From assembly GCF_009914755.1 (NCBI RefSeq), contig NC_060931.1: 64,000 bases of DNA; one strand, 5' to 3'. This document shows, in pieces, positions 44,757-59,925 of this stretch (its first letter is position 1; every line of letters starts with the position of its first letter). Source of the stretch: the human T2T-CHM13v2.0 reference genome, Homo sapiens. Below the pieces are notes generated by a model. It ran no database searches. It saw only the letters and a list, made by a program, of their open reading frames with translations, and was not told where the DNA came from. Made by a program: the position numbers and the translations under genes.

Positions 44757-45389
44757 CTTGTGTTTCTTATATAATGGACAGATAAATAGTTACAGACCTT
44801 TTTGATGTGCTGCACTTTTGTTATCAAAAGACTAAAAATCCACTTGACTTGTGTGTCAGCCCTCAGTTCAGCAGTCTTACCTCAACGCTTTGAGACACTG
44901 AGGTGGATCTCTGTTTACAGAAACATCTATCAGGTGGCAAAGGCAAGGGTTGTGTTGCTTTCTTTAACATGGCTTTAGGATTCTACCATTATTTCTTTGA
45001 ATAGTGAAGGGTCTGATTTCCTCTCTACAAGCATGTATAACTTTTGTTGACACCAATGAAATTGGGTAAATGGCTTTGGGAGAACAGAGATTGCTGACAT
45101 TTATGTAGCATTATTTGGAATATAAAATAAATGTGTAAAGCTTACCAATTGGAAATTTTACCAAATGTACTCAAGATTTTTTAAAACCTTGAATTGGGTA
45201 GAAAAAAAATGATGGCCTTTTACTCATAGTACATCACTTTCTTTAGACATTTTTATTATTCCTCCCTTTCCCACCAAAAGCATTAATACAGAACTGGGAA
45301 CCTTAACACCTACATACATACACATACATACACATGCTCTGTTACACATGTGTAATATTATTTAAATGTGGATTGTCTGTTTTGCGTAC

Positions 45390-45960
45390 TAGTCACAGAG
45401 ATTTACCTGACGTTGTTATAGTGATAAGGCCTATGAAGAAGGAAGTACAAGTTGTTCAGAGATCACATAGGACAGATAGTCAGCCAAGAACTGGCTGGTA
45501 AAGGAAGCACTTCTTAAAAAAGTAAAAACCTAAAAGTTGAGTTAGTTAGTCAACCAACAGGGAGAAGAAGAATGTTCTGGGAGAGAGGATGTTTGCAATT
45601 GTATTTATAAAGGTAAAAGATTGAGCTAGCAAGGTAAAAAGATGCCAGGTAGTTAAGAACATTTAAACAGTATGGCAGCTGGACATTGTTATAGGCATTA
45701 GAGTACCATGGAAGCATTTGAAGTTGTGTCATGTAGTTGCACTGCATTTTAGAAAGAGCATCTGGCAGTTGGGTGAAAACACTGGAAGTGGCAAGAGTGG
45801 AGGCCACCACAGTTTAAGAAGGTGTTTCAGGAATCTCTGCAAGAGAGATGAACAAGACAAGGGGCAGTGATGATGCAGAAAAGCAGATCATTAAAAAAAA
45901 ATTTAGAATGAGAATGTAGAATAAACAAAACATGTTGAATAATTTGAAATGTGAAAGAAA
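45390..45960 (-). mobile_element. L2 (degenerate)
   Basis: Antisense L2 motifs 'gcattttagaaagagcatctggcag', 'aagaatgttctggg'. Confidence 0.6.
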
Positions 45961-45966
45961 AGAATA

Positions 45967-46268
45967 CGCCAGGCACAGTGACTCATGCCCCTAATCCCAG
46001 CACTTCGGGAGGCAAAGGTGGGTGGATCCCTTGAGCCCAGGAGTTCAAGACCAGCGTGAAACACAGTCTCTACTAAAAATACAAAAAAAAATTAGCCAGG
46101 CATGGTGGTGCACACCCATAGTCCCAGGTACTTGGGAGGCTAAGGTGGATCACCTGAACCCGAGAAGTCGAGACTGAAGTGAGCAGTGATTGCCCAACTG
46201 AACTCCAGCCTGGGCAATAGGAGTGAAACTGTGTCAGTTAAAAAAAAAAAAAAAAGAAGAAGAAGAAG
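45967..46268 (+). mobile_element. Old Alu with A/(GAA)n tail
   Basis: Dimer with small deletions. Confidence 0.88.
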
Positions 46269-46850
46269 GATAAAAACTAATCCAGCTTAAATAACTAAGA
46301 GGAGGGATAGACTTGGAGGTAATAAATAGTGGTTTGTTTTTTTTTTTTTTTTTGAAATGTTGAGTTTTATTTGTCTGTATATGTTTGAAGAGACAGGAAG
46401 ATATGCATGCAGGGATCAAGAGACTAACCTTGTCTAAAAAAAAATGAAGCCATGAAAGACTTAAGATTTCTCAGAATGTATAGAATGAGAAGAGAAGATG
46501 GCCTAGTGAATATTAGTAATACTAACATTTACACAATGATCAGGGAAGCTTGAGGAGAAGAAACATGAGATTCAGCAGAAAAACCAGGGAATTATGGCAT
46601 TCTGGAAGTCAAGAGTAATAAGGACGCTCTCCAGGAGACCTCGGTAAACAATCATTGGCTAATTTTTTTATTAATTCACATTCATTCATTAAGTTTCTAT
46701 TTTGTGTAAAGAGCAGGTGGGGAAAAACCCATATCTGGTCTCTGCTCTCAGGGAGTGCATAGTAATATGAAGAAATAAAAATAAGTTGAAAAATTACACA
46801 CATAAATATTTCTTTGTAAACTTTAATAAGTTGTAAAGAGTAAAATTATG

Positions 46851-47162
46851 GGCTAGATGTGGTGGCTCATGTCTGTAATCCTAGCATTTTGGGAGGCCGA
46901 GAGGGACAGATCACTTGAGGCCAAGAGTTCGAGACCAGCCTGGCCAATATGTTAAAACCCCCTCTCTACTAAAAACACTAAAATTAGCTGGACATGGTGG
47001 TGTGTGCCTGTGGTTCCAGCTACTCAGGAGGCTGAGGCACAAAAATCACTTTAATCCAGGAGGTAGAGGTTGCAGTAAAGCCAAGATCAGAACACTTCAC
47101 TGCAGCCTGGGTAACAGAGCAAGACTCTTCTTAAAAACAAAACAAAACAAAACAAAAAAAAA
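46851..47162 (+). mobile_element. Alu (S/J)
   Basis: Dimer; TSD aagagtaaaattatg. Confidence 0.9.
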
Positions 47163-48510
47163 CAAGAGTAAAATTATGAAGACCCGTAGAAGTACATACA
47201 GGCGAATGAACTTCTATTCCGTGAAGTTTGAGAACCTTGTCTTAAGAAGTGAACTCTAACCTAAGATTTGAAGAATGAGTAGGCGCCAACAGGGCTTGTA
47301 GGGGAGAGGGCAGTCCTGGCACATAATCCTGCAAGTGGACTTTGATCCTGCAAAGGACAGAACATGTGAAATCAGGGCCACTTTCCCTGAGTAACTGCAC
47401 TCCTGAAACTTTATTTTAACCCAGAAATTATCTCAGCTTCTAGGAGTTTTAAAAAATAAAATTTAACTATTACTTTTAGGCAACCAGCTATGCAGGGAAT
47501 GTAGACCTATATTGACAAGGATATTGAAGTTTGGGACATTTCCACGTCCCAGTGGAGGTCACTATGGAAAATATGGACTCATCATTTATTAATTTATGAA
47601 ATACTTTTTAATTCTCTTACGTAGGTGAGATACTATGGGTATGAATGAATGCCACTTTATTCCTTTCAAAATCACCTTTATTATTTTTGTTATGATTTTT
47701 GGGAGCTAACATATATTGGCCCATTTTATGTGTTCAATTCAGTGATGTTTGGTAACTTACCAAGTTTTTACATTATTCTTTAATAAAATGTTTATACATT
47801 AATTCATTTTCCCTCCCTTGGATGACACGAGATGTTCTACCAGGCTTAACAATGAAATGTTGCCCTTGTGAAATCTTTCCTAGGGGCAACATTAGATATC
47901 TGGTTCTTTTCCCCAGGAATAAATAACACTTTTAAGCCTTCAATTTAAACCTAAAATGAAAAGGAAATCACAATTTTTAAACATAAAAGTCATATTTTAA
48001 ATGTTCATTAAAAATCTTTTGCATACCATTCCTCTTCCTCATTTTAGTAAGAGTTAAGACAAGCTTACTCTGGTATCAGTTTTCAAAAGAAATTGCCGAG
48101 TCACAAGCTGAGGTTATGTTGGTCTGTGGTGGTTGTTTAATCTACTCTGTTCGTTCATAGGTAAGAAAAACTACCACCTAAAATAAACGACTGTTCAATG
48201 TCTCACAGCGGATTGGTGCTCAAACTGGGATTTAAAATTAAGTCCTCAAACATAGCCCACGCTTCCCTACAGTGACTGTGTCACCCATCCTAGGAGGGAA
48301 AATATAGTTCAGGGGAACTTTTTGCCACAGATTTACAATGAAATACCGGCTTAGTGATTTGCTGTTGGAGTCTAAGTTTATTGAAGCCTTCTAGGAGTGC
48401 AGAGTCCAAAGTATAACTGCATATGTGCTTCCACTACTATTTTAAGGTAAAGAACATCCTAGGAAAAACAGCAAAGCAGCATGGCTGTGGCTTTAGATCA
48501 TCAAGCAGTT

Positions 48511-49383
48511 GTAGGGGAGAAAAGCAATATCTTTTCCTCATCTGTAGCTAGGTTCAAGGCTGAAACCCCTATAACAAAAGACAGGGTAGCAAGAGAAAGG
48601 CATGCAAATTTAGTAGAAGATTTATGTGACACAGGAGTCTTCAGAAATTAAGACCCAAAGAAGCAGGGAAAACTATGTGTTTTAATGCTTACATTGAATG
48701 AAGGCTGGACAGTTGATATGGTTTGGCTGTGTCCCCACCCAAATCACATCTTGAATTGTAGCTCCCATAATTCCTACGGTGTCGTGGGAAGGACCTCGTG
48801 GGAGGTAATTGAATCATGGGGGTGGGTTTTTCCCATGCTGTTCTCCTGGTAGTAAATAAGTCTCACGAGATGGTTTTATAAAGAGCAGTTCCCCTGCACA
48901 TGCTCTCCTGCCTGCTGCCATGTGAGATGTGCCTTTGCTCCTCCTTAACCTTCTGCCATGACTGTGAGTGCTCCCCAGCTATGTGGAACTGTGAGTCCAT
49001 TAAACGTCTTTTTCTTTATAAATTACCCAGTCTTGGGCATTTCTTCATAGCAGTATGAAAAATGGACTAGTACAACAGTCTTGTGGAAGTATGATTGAAT
49101 GAAAGAGGATATGATCTAATGGTAATAAGCTATGGGGACGTTAGCAAGGCCTGTTCAAATTATTCTCGGTTTCTCGGTGTCTTTATTTCTTTCCTTTTGG
49201 TATAGGAAGTATCCCTCTAGAATGAGGGCTTTCTGACCTACTTTAAAGGAAGGTCAGAGAATTCTTTTATGGCTTGCTTCAGGGAAGAATGGTGAGAGAA
49301 AGTCAGAGAGATCTTCTTCTTTAAGCTGTCTTCTCAAATGCCAAAGTGCTATATTTTGTGGTACATGTCCTGAACCCTGTCAC
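48511..49383 (-). mobile_element. MER31-like LTR split by THE1
   Basis: 'gtaggggagaaaag...cccctataacaaaagacag' and 'gccaaagtgctatattttgtggtacatgtcctgaaccctgtca'. Confidence 0.75.
48714..49074 (+). mobile_element. THE1 (C/D) solo LTR with 5-bp TSD
   Basis: tgatatggtttggctgtgtccccacccaaat...ggactagtaca; TSD acagt at 48709-48713 and 49075-49079. Confidence 0.92.
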
Positions 49384-49465
49384 AGTATTATTTGTTCTTT
49401 TTTAAATATGAAAAGGAACACAATTGTGAAGATGAAATAAGCATTTGTGTCTGTTTTTTATACAT

Positions 49466-49817
<352 letters not shown>

Positions 49818-51740
49818 TGATTATGCTATTCTGCCACATGTATCATTGTAGTGCACACCATATGTGGGAATAAAAATGCTAAGTGATTATTTCTTGAATA
49901 GAGGCTAAGCATTTGTGGATTCAGGTGGACTGACAGACTCACGGACCTCTAACTCCTAGGGAAATTAAATTGTTTCTTTTGCTGGTAAATTATCTCACCT
50001 ACCTTGTGCTTTATATAAATGTACACTTGTATACCAATATTTTAAGTGTAATAAAATATTCAGACTTTTAATGAATAAGATGATTGTAGCCCAGATTATC
50101 TTGTTCTTTGGCATTCAGGATAGGGTGCTTTATATGATAAACTTTCTTATGCTAACTCTAAGCGCAATCATCTAGTTCTTTTCTCCCAGGTAAGGCTTTT
50201 AATGTATTAAACATAAATATTCTCCATTAATTTTGATATTGTAATGCAATTAATACTTGATCATTTTTATTTTTCAGAGGAGAAAACTTACAGCAGTATA
50301 CTTTGAAAAAACAATTTTCAATTACATATGTGTGCTTGGTTTTGTCCCAAACTGACCACTTTAGAAAATATAAATGTCTTTCACATAAAATACTGGCTTT
50401 GCCTGTGTCTCATATGTTATTCCTTATCTGAAAGGTGTAATAATTAGAAGACCATTACTGTCCCCCATGAATTAAATTAGGGTCTTTTTATTTCCTTTTT
50501 CTTTCATTTGACTCTATTTATTACTTAACTAGTGTGACAAATGTGGCTTAAAATAAAAACGTTGCTATTATTAATGAAAAATGTGCTGGTCGCAGCAGTG
50601 GTGATAAAGAAAAATGTGACAGAGCACTCATTTTCCTCTTGATTTGGTGGAGTGGTCGCTGGGAAAAAGTTGTAATAAACAGAATAATGGAATGGTTAAT
50701 GTTTTAGCAGAATGGGATTTTACTTTGATTTGCTGAAAAGATATACATTAATAAGCAGTCAATTGATTACAACTCACAAAACACAGTTGTCAGGCATCAA
50801 ATTATATTTCTCCTACTAGTCTCTGTGAGCAAATCAAGATTTTAAACACAATACAGATAACTGAAAGACACACTTTACAAAATTAATAATTACTTAGACT
50901 AAAACAAAATGACCAAAAAAGTAAGAAGATCCTAAAAGAACGATGTATCTGTGTAACACTACAAATTTGGAGCAGCTTCAGTAGCTTCCTTAATCATAAA
51001 CTAAACTTGACTAAAATATTACATATTATGTTTTCAGAATGTTATAATATACTACTGAGTTAAAGTCAAAAAATATACTATGATTCTTAACAAGATTTTA
51101 TTATTTGTTTCACTAAAGTTATTGGTCATCTAGATGTATTGTTTTTAATATTTGGAGGGAAAAACCTGTGATGTAAGTGTGCCCCCATGTGGCTATAGAT
51201 TGGTTTGTAAGAATGTCTGAAGCATTAATGGAAAGGGGGCTTCAATTGGTTATATTAATATTATCTTGTTAATATTTACTCCATCCCAAGCACAGAGTTG
51301 TTTCTCCTGTTTTTAAAGTTTTTCTAAGATACAGGATTCTCAGTTTCTTCCATAATTCTTACAATCATATTATTTTTAGTAGTCATACATTTTAACCAAT
51401 AGGTCTGCTTCTAATTCTGAAGTGTATAACATAGTAAAGACACATAAATCAACACAAAAGACGTATGTTTCCTCATGTCTAAAGTATTTGGTTAAGTCAA
51501 GCCTAAGTCATTCTCTCCAAGTGTTTAAAAATACATTTTATAAGTAAATAGGAAGACGTATCTGGTAGGAAATTGGTATTAGGACAGGCCTATGGCCTGA
51601 GAAAATAGTTTGCTATTTATGTGATATTTTAATAAGACTATTATTAAGTCTATTATTAAGAGTATATTTGTTCATAATTTTTTTTAACCAATAGGATATT
51701 GGATATTCATAGTCAATGTTGGCGATTCCACAGAATTTGA

Positions 51741-52155
<415 letters not shown>

Positions 52156-52952
52156 ACTTCCATATTTTGACACAAAAGTATATCTTTATTTAACTCACTA
52201 GTCACTAATCCCAGGATGCAAAGTCTAACTTATTGGCCAGTTGATGCTTCTGGAAAATTGCTGTGAGGGTTGGTTGTTAATGACCCCACTGTATATAAGC
52301 CCACATCTTGTTTCTGAGGTAGTGCAGTGTGTTGGCATTATAATCATGTTTGAGCGAGTTTGAATGGCATTCATTTTTGTTTGTTTGTTTGAGCATGTGA
52401 CTGAGCAGCAACCGCAAAAAGCAAGGGCACCGACGGCACAGATAGAAGCCTGAGCCTCAGCTTGAAATGCATGTTTTCATTTTAACCAACATTACTGTTC
52501 TCAGTGGAAGTTTCTTCAGGGTAGAAGCAAACTTTTCCATATTTTATTTTGTTATATTTAAAAACTAGCCCCAAATGCTGTGCTTCTACTCTAACTTTTT
52601 GTATTAAACTTTTAAAAGTGAAATCTGAAATAATTAAATTTTAAAGGTTGCAATCATTAAAGAATTAATACAAACATCTATTTAATTTTTTTCTTTACTA
52701 AAAATTCTCTTTTCTTAATTAGAATTCATTATTTAGCATGGCAATATTTGTGATGATGAAGAAAACTTCTTTAAGTGAAATCATAATATTGGGAGGAATT
52801 TAACGGTTTTCTTTTTAAAAATAATTCAAGATAACTTCCATTTTCATTTTGGTCATTTAACGTACTGTTTAATGTTCTCAGAGAACAATATTTCAGAAGT
52901 AAATATTTATGCCTGTCACTTTTGTGCACAGGGCAAAATGAGTTATGTACTT

Positions 52953-53200
52953 TGTTTGTTTGAGATGGAGTCTCGCTCTGTCACCAGGCTGGAGTGCAGT
53001 GGCATGATCTCAGCTCACTGCAACCTCCCCACCTTCCAAGTTCAAGTGATTCTCCTGCCTCAGCCTCCCAAGCAGCTGGGACTACAGGCATGCACCACCA
53101 CACCCAGCTAATTTTTGTATTTTTAGTAGATACTTGGTGGTTCACATCTGTAATCCCAGCACTTTGGGAGGCTGAGGCGGGCAGATCATGAGGTCAAGAG
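52953..53200 (-). mobile_element. 5'-inverted AluSc with 13-bp TSD
   Basis: Minus-strand 3' part 52953-53133, plus-strand 5' part 53135-53200; TSD gagttatgtactt at 52940-52952 and 53198-53210. Confidence 0.88.
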
Positions 53201-53918
53201 TTATGTACTTCTGAAAAGCAAACTGAACCATTTCTGACCCCACCCTTTCCACCTACATTGTCTAAAAAATGAATCCTAAACTTAAGTCAGTAACATTTCA
53301 AATGATATATTTTCCTTTATGGAAGAGTCTCTTCACACTTATGGAAGAAAACAGGTTGATGTAGAGTGGGAAGGGAGGAAAGACAAAGCGATGAATGAAA
53401 TATAGTATTTGTAATATTTATTTAAAATCTCATAATATTGAACGTCTTCTAGCAAAACGTTGGATGGTTGTCATACAGATAGTGATTCTTAGCTAGAAAA
53501 CTTCATGGAATGCCTGAACTAAATGATTGCTCATGCTTTTGTTCATGTGTGCTTGATATCTTGGAATTTCAAATTAATTTTTTAATATAATTTTTAAAAT
53601 TTGACTGTATTTGTTGATAATTGCTCTTTGTTTTTGGGAAAAAAAGCCACAGGCACTTAAGTGAAGATTATTCATTGAGTTATGATTATCTTTATGTGTT
53701 TAGAAGGAAAATACATCATAGAAAAATGAAGTAGCAACACTGAGAGACAGAATTATCTAAATCCACCTAAACCGCAGTTTGGCAAATTGTTTAACTTATC
53801 TTCCCTGCAACTCACCTAGCTTATAAGAATTTAATTAAATATTTTTAAGAGTCCTAGCTGACCTAATATTCTGACTATATATCATTTTCCAGAAGTATAG
53901 AAGGATAAATGATAGTGA

Positions 53919-54212
<294 letters not shown>

Positions 54213-54225
54213 CAGACATGCTTTA

Positions 54226-54555
<330 letters not shown>

Positions 54556-55228
54556 TTGCAAATGGTAGACAATTTATAAAAAGAAAAAAATCACCTGTAA
54601 TCTTCATAGATAACTTGATTTAGTTTGTAAAGCACCAACTTGGTTTTTTAAAAAGGAAGACTTTGACCATTAGAATAAAATATGATAGTCAGAATGGACC
54701 ATGCAGAACCAAGGGAGGAGCTCAACATTTACCTTCTAAAAATCTGCTTGTTCTTCCTTCCCACTTCTTATTCACAAAACAAAAAACATATGAGTGCTAA
54801 AACATTAAATTATTTTTCTCTCTTGAAGTCCAGAGTTGTCATCCCAAAGCCCATGTGGTCGTCAGTTGTCATAATGTTCCATGCCAATCTGGAATAAAAT
54901 GTGGGGAATGGGCGTTCCATTAAAAACTATTATTCACTTATAAAGCCTTACATTGTGTATGTGACCATATACTTCCCCCTCTCTTCAACCAGGGTAGTGC
55001 AAAAAAAAAAAATTAATAAATTATTGAAATTTTCAACTCCAAGAGTAAATTCAGCATTAATGATTTTTTTAAAGAAAATAATGTAGGAGATAAAATTGAA
55101 TATATTTATTTTGCAAATGTAATTTCATATTAACAAAGAAATGTATAGAGAACATTTCATTTGCAGCTGCCTAACAGAGGGGTAATTGACTAATAAATGC
55201 CTCATGCCCTTTTAAAATAGACTTTCCA

Positions 55229-55537
55229 GGCCAAGAGCCGTGGCTCATGCCTGTAATTCCAGGGCTTTGAGAGGCCGAGAAGAGAGGATCACCTGAGGCC
55301 AGGAGTTCAAGCCAGGCTGGGCAACATAGTGAGACACTGTTACTATAAAAAAAACTCACAAAAAACAAAAAACTTAGCTGGGCATGGTGGCATGCATGTG
55401 TAGACCTAGCTACTCAGGAGGTTGTGGTGAGAGGATCGCTTGAGCTGAGGAGTTAGAAGCCATAGTGAGCTATGGTTGTGCCACTGTACTCCAGTCTGGG
55501 CAACACAGTGAGACCCTGTCTCTTAAAAAAAAAAAAA
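55229..55537 (+). mobile_element. AluJ
   Basis: Dimer with J-type right arm. Confidence 0.9.
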
Positions 55538-55665
55538 GTCTCTACAGTACTGGCATGGCTACATTATCAACAAAAATGAATGCCTCTCAAAATCTGGCCA
55601 ATGGAAATAATATTATTCCATATTTCTTCATTATTCTATGATTACAAATAGTCTGCATGTAGAGG

Positions 55666-55671
55666 TTTATT
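55666..55671 (-). terminator. Candidate GNAT3 polyadenylation signal AATAAA
   Basis: First canonical AATAAA on the minus strand after the stop (~295 nt downstream). A variant TATAAA lies at 55914-55919. Confidence 0.45.
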
Positions 55672-55964
55672 TCCAAGAAAATCCAGTGTCATTGATATGT
55701 ACTGTTACAGTTACCAAAATATATCAGTTTTTAGATATAAGGACATCAAAGACACTCCCATTCCCCATGTTCCAAAGAAATTTAAACTTATCCAGATATA
55801 GATGATAACACATAAATATTTTTGTGGGAAAACTTTTTGCTTTACAATGCTAGTTATATGTCTAGATAAGTTAATGTCTATTCAAACTAAACACGTCATA
55901 CAGCACCTTTTCTTTTATATTTTGAAAAGCATACATGAGCAAGAGTGGAAGAGAAAATAGTTGA

Positions 55965-56155
55965 TTAGAAAAGCCCACAGTCTTTTAGATTCTCTTTGAT
56001 TATTATATCTGTAACTGCGTCAAACACAAACTTGACATTTTGGGTGTCAGTAGCACAGGTCATGTGGGAATAAATTTCCTTATCTTCTTTTTTTAAATTC
56101 AGGTCTAGAAACTGGTTCTTGATGTAGTTTCCTGCATCTTCAAATGTATTTGGCC
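55965..56155 (-). CDS. GNAT3: GNAT3 exon 8 coding part (191 nt incl. TAA)
   Basis: tttaacaag|GGCCAAAT...CTTTTCTAA gives (G)[62 protein letters not shown]. Contains the G5 TCAT motif and the transducin/gustducin C-terminus with the pertussis-toxin Cys at -4. Confidence 0.97.
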
Positions 56156-57104
56156 CTTGTTAAACAAAATATTTGAAGAAGTAAAGATTAATCATATGTT
56201 ACAAAGAATAGGCTATAAATAATATCAGCAAATTTTAGGATTTTACTTTGATATACAAAGTATTGCAAAATCATAAAGGCAACGGTCAATTATCAGGGTG
56301 CTGGGAACTATGCTCACCCCTTTGGGAGCTCCCGGTGGCTAAAAGGTAAACTTTGCATCAAAAAGCTCAAAATACAGTAGAAATCCCAAAATATTTATAA
56401 AACAAAGTGAGTGATACAAACTTACGTATACATCAAACACTGTGTGTGTGTTTGTGGGTATGGGTATGGGTGTTTTTATACAAATTAAAAGAGAAAAAGA
56501 ATGGAAAAGGTAGATGACTAAGGCACAGAAGGAGATGGTATTTGAGCTGGACTTTGAGAGGTAGCTACAACAGAGAAAAGTAAGTGAAAACAAAAAAGTG
56601 AAAGTGAGAATTGTAGCACTAGACTTGAGGGTAGGGTCGGGAAACAGACTGAGCTTTGAAGAATCTACTTCGATAGAAATGAAAGATTTTTGTAGAGGAA
56701 TTGTAGGAAATCAAGTAGAATAGATGTTATGGGCTAGATTATAGACTATGTTACTAACAAAACAAAGGAGTTAGGATGCGATATAAAAGGCTATAGAGAG
56801 GTACTCTTCACTGATGTGTTATATAGCAGTAATACAATGAAGGCTCTGCTTGAGAAACTTTAGTCCAATAGCAGGATGTGCAATGAATCAGTTGAGAAAA
56901 GGCAGAAATAAAACAAGTAGGCTAAAAAATACAGGACTACTAAAAATGACCTGTTGATGGGCTTTATAACAGAATATGCTTTAAGGGGACTTGACACAGA
57001 ATAGAGCAGTAGCATAAAGACTTTCTAAAAAATAAGTCTTTGTTTCCTACTTTATTGTAACTAGAAACAAAATTCCTTGAAGGACAAGCTTTAAAGCCAT
57101 ATAA

Positions 57105-58264
<1,160 letters not shown>

Positions 58265-58559
58265 CCTGTTATATATATAATATAAAACCTTTAATTATGA
58301 GTTTATATTTAATTAGTAATCAATATATTTGAATATTATTTGTAATATGCAAAATATATTATTATACTTAATCACATGATAAATGTATGAATATATTATA
58401 AATATTTATAATTATAGAAAAAAGATATAAGCCCTAATTGTAGGTTGACCAATGTAAGTATTTGTTTTGATAAAATGCCATGGTCCTAGTAACATCTGGG
58501 CAACCTTACGCACCTAAGTGGTAAAACTGGATTTGTATTTTTGTTTAAATCATAAATAT

Positions 58560-58828
58560 GGCTGGGTGCAATGGCTCACACCTGTAATCCCAGCACTTTG
58601 GGACGCCAAGGTGGACAGATCACCTGAGGTCAAGAGTTCAAGACCAGCCTTGGCAAACATGGTGAAACCCCATTACTACTGAAAATACGAAAATTAACTG
58701 GGTGTTGTGGCGTGCACCAGTCGTCCCAGCCACTCGGGAGGCTGAAGCAGGGGAATCATTTGAACCCACGAGGCAAAGGCTACAGCCTGAGCGACAGAGC
58801 GAGACTCCATCTCAAAAAAGAAAAATAA
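58560..58828 (+). mobile_element. AluS with ~30-bp right-arm deletion
   Basis: 'ggctacag|cctgagcgacag' deletion joined at a CAG microhomology. Confidence 0.88.
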
Positions 58829-59452
58829 ATATTTTTCTTATGTAATTTTATTACCAATGGAATATCCAACTATTTACAAAAATAAATAAATAAATAAATA
58901 AAATTCTTTCTGAAGGAGAAACAGCCCTTCTGTGGGATTTCACACTTACAATCGCTGACTAACAGGATTAGCACTAAAATTCCAGGATCCACGAAAACCG
59001 GAAAATGAAGATGTCATTATTCATTCTCAAATTCATTCATGCTATATCTCTAGAAACAACTCAGAGATTGAAGAGCCTCTGAGATCTACTACAGCATTAC
59101 AAGGTTTCAGTAGGAGATACATTAAAAATGCCAATTTCGAATAAGATTTGCATTCCTGTTATAATTTTGAAGACAATTCAGGTTCCAATGTCATTTGATA
59201 AAGTCTATAGAGTAGCAACCCTGGTCCATCTAACCCCTTCCAGTTTATTTTATTAGGGTTTTGCTTTAATGTACACAATGTAGAGAGGGTTCTTCTTTAT
59301 TTGTAAGATTTTTTTTCCAGTTTGGATCATAAAGATAACTCAAAAATGATCATAAGCCTCATCCTCATAAGTATTAAATGTCAAGATCCAGATAGGAAAT
59401 ATATATTTATACAAAAATTTATTTCTATGGAACTAAAAGAAAAAAATCTTAC

Positions 59453-59606
59453 CAGTGTATTCTGGAAAGCAGATACTAAGATGCACCTTGGTTACCTTTT
59501 CTTGAAAGATATCTTTTTTGTTGAGGAACAGGACAATGGAGGTTGTTGAAAAATACTTGTGATTACAGATACTGTTGAACAGGTGAAGGCTTTCATGCAT
59601 TCTATT
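59453..59606 (-). CDS. GNAT3: GNAT3 exon 7, 154 nt
   Basis: cctaacag|AATAGAATG...TACACTG|gtaaga gives [51 protein letters not shown](G). Contains the G4 NKKD motif and is in frame with exon 6 across a 189-nt intron. Confidence 0.97.
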
Positions 59607-59795
59607 CTGTTAGGTATCAGAAATGAGAATGGGTAGGATTATTATTTGCAAAATGTGAATGTTGAGCATCATGAACAAGGATCTAGAACTAACATAAATC
59701 TTTGGCAAACCTTCATGAGTTGGGCAATGTGGTAGTACTACTGAAAAGCACAAAGATTACTTTTAACCCTGGCTTTGTTTTTCCTTTAGACTTAC

Positions 59796-59925
59796 CACTT
59801 CTTCGTCTTCCACGAGGACCATGTCATAGGCACTAAGTGCAGCACAAAATATAATGCATGTAACTCCTTCAAAGCAGTGAATCCACTTCTTTCTCTCAGA
59901 TCTCTGTCCACCTACATCAAACATC
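59796..59925 (-). CDS. GNAT3: GNAT3 (gustducin alpha-3) exon 6, 130 nt
   Basis: Minus strand ttttcttaaag|GATGTTTGAT...GAAGAAGTG|gtaagt translates (R)[43 protein letters not shown]. Contains the G3 DVGGQ motif and switch II/III; 130 nt is the conserved Gi/Gt exon 6 length. Confidence 0.97.

Noticed and set aside
59146-59153. Octamer ATTTGCAT in GNAT3 intron 7 (POU2F3 site?)
   Set aside because: Several octamers occur across this AT-rich window, many inside repeats. A single 8-mer cannot be distinguished from chance without ChIP data.
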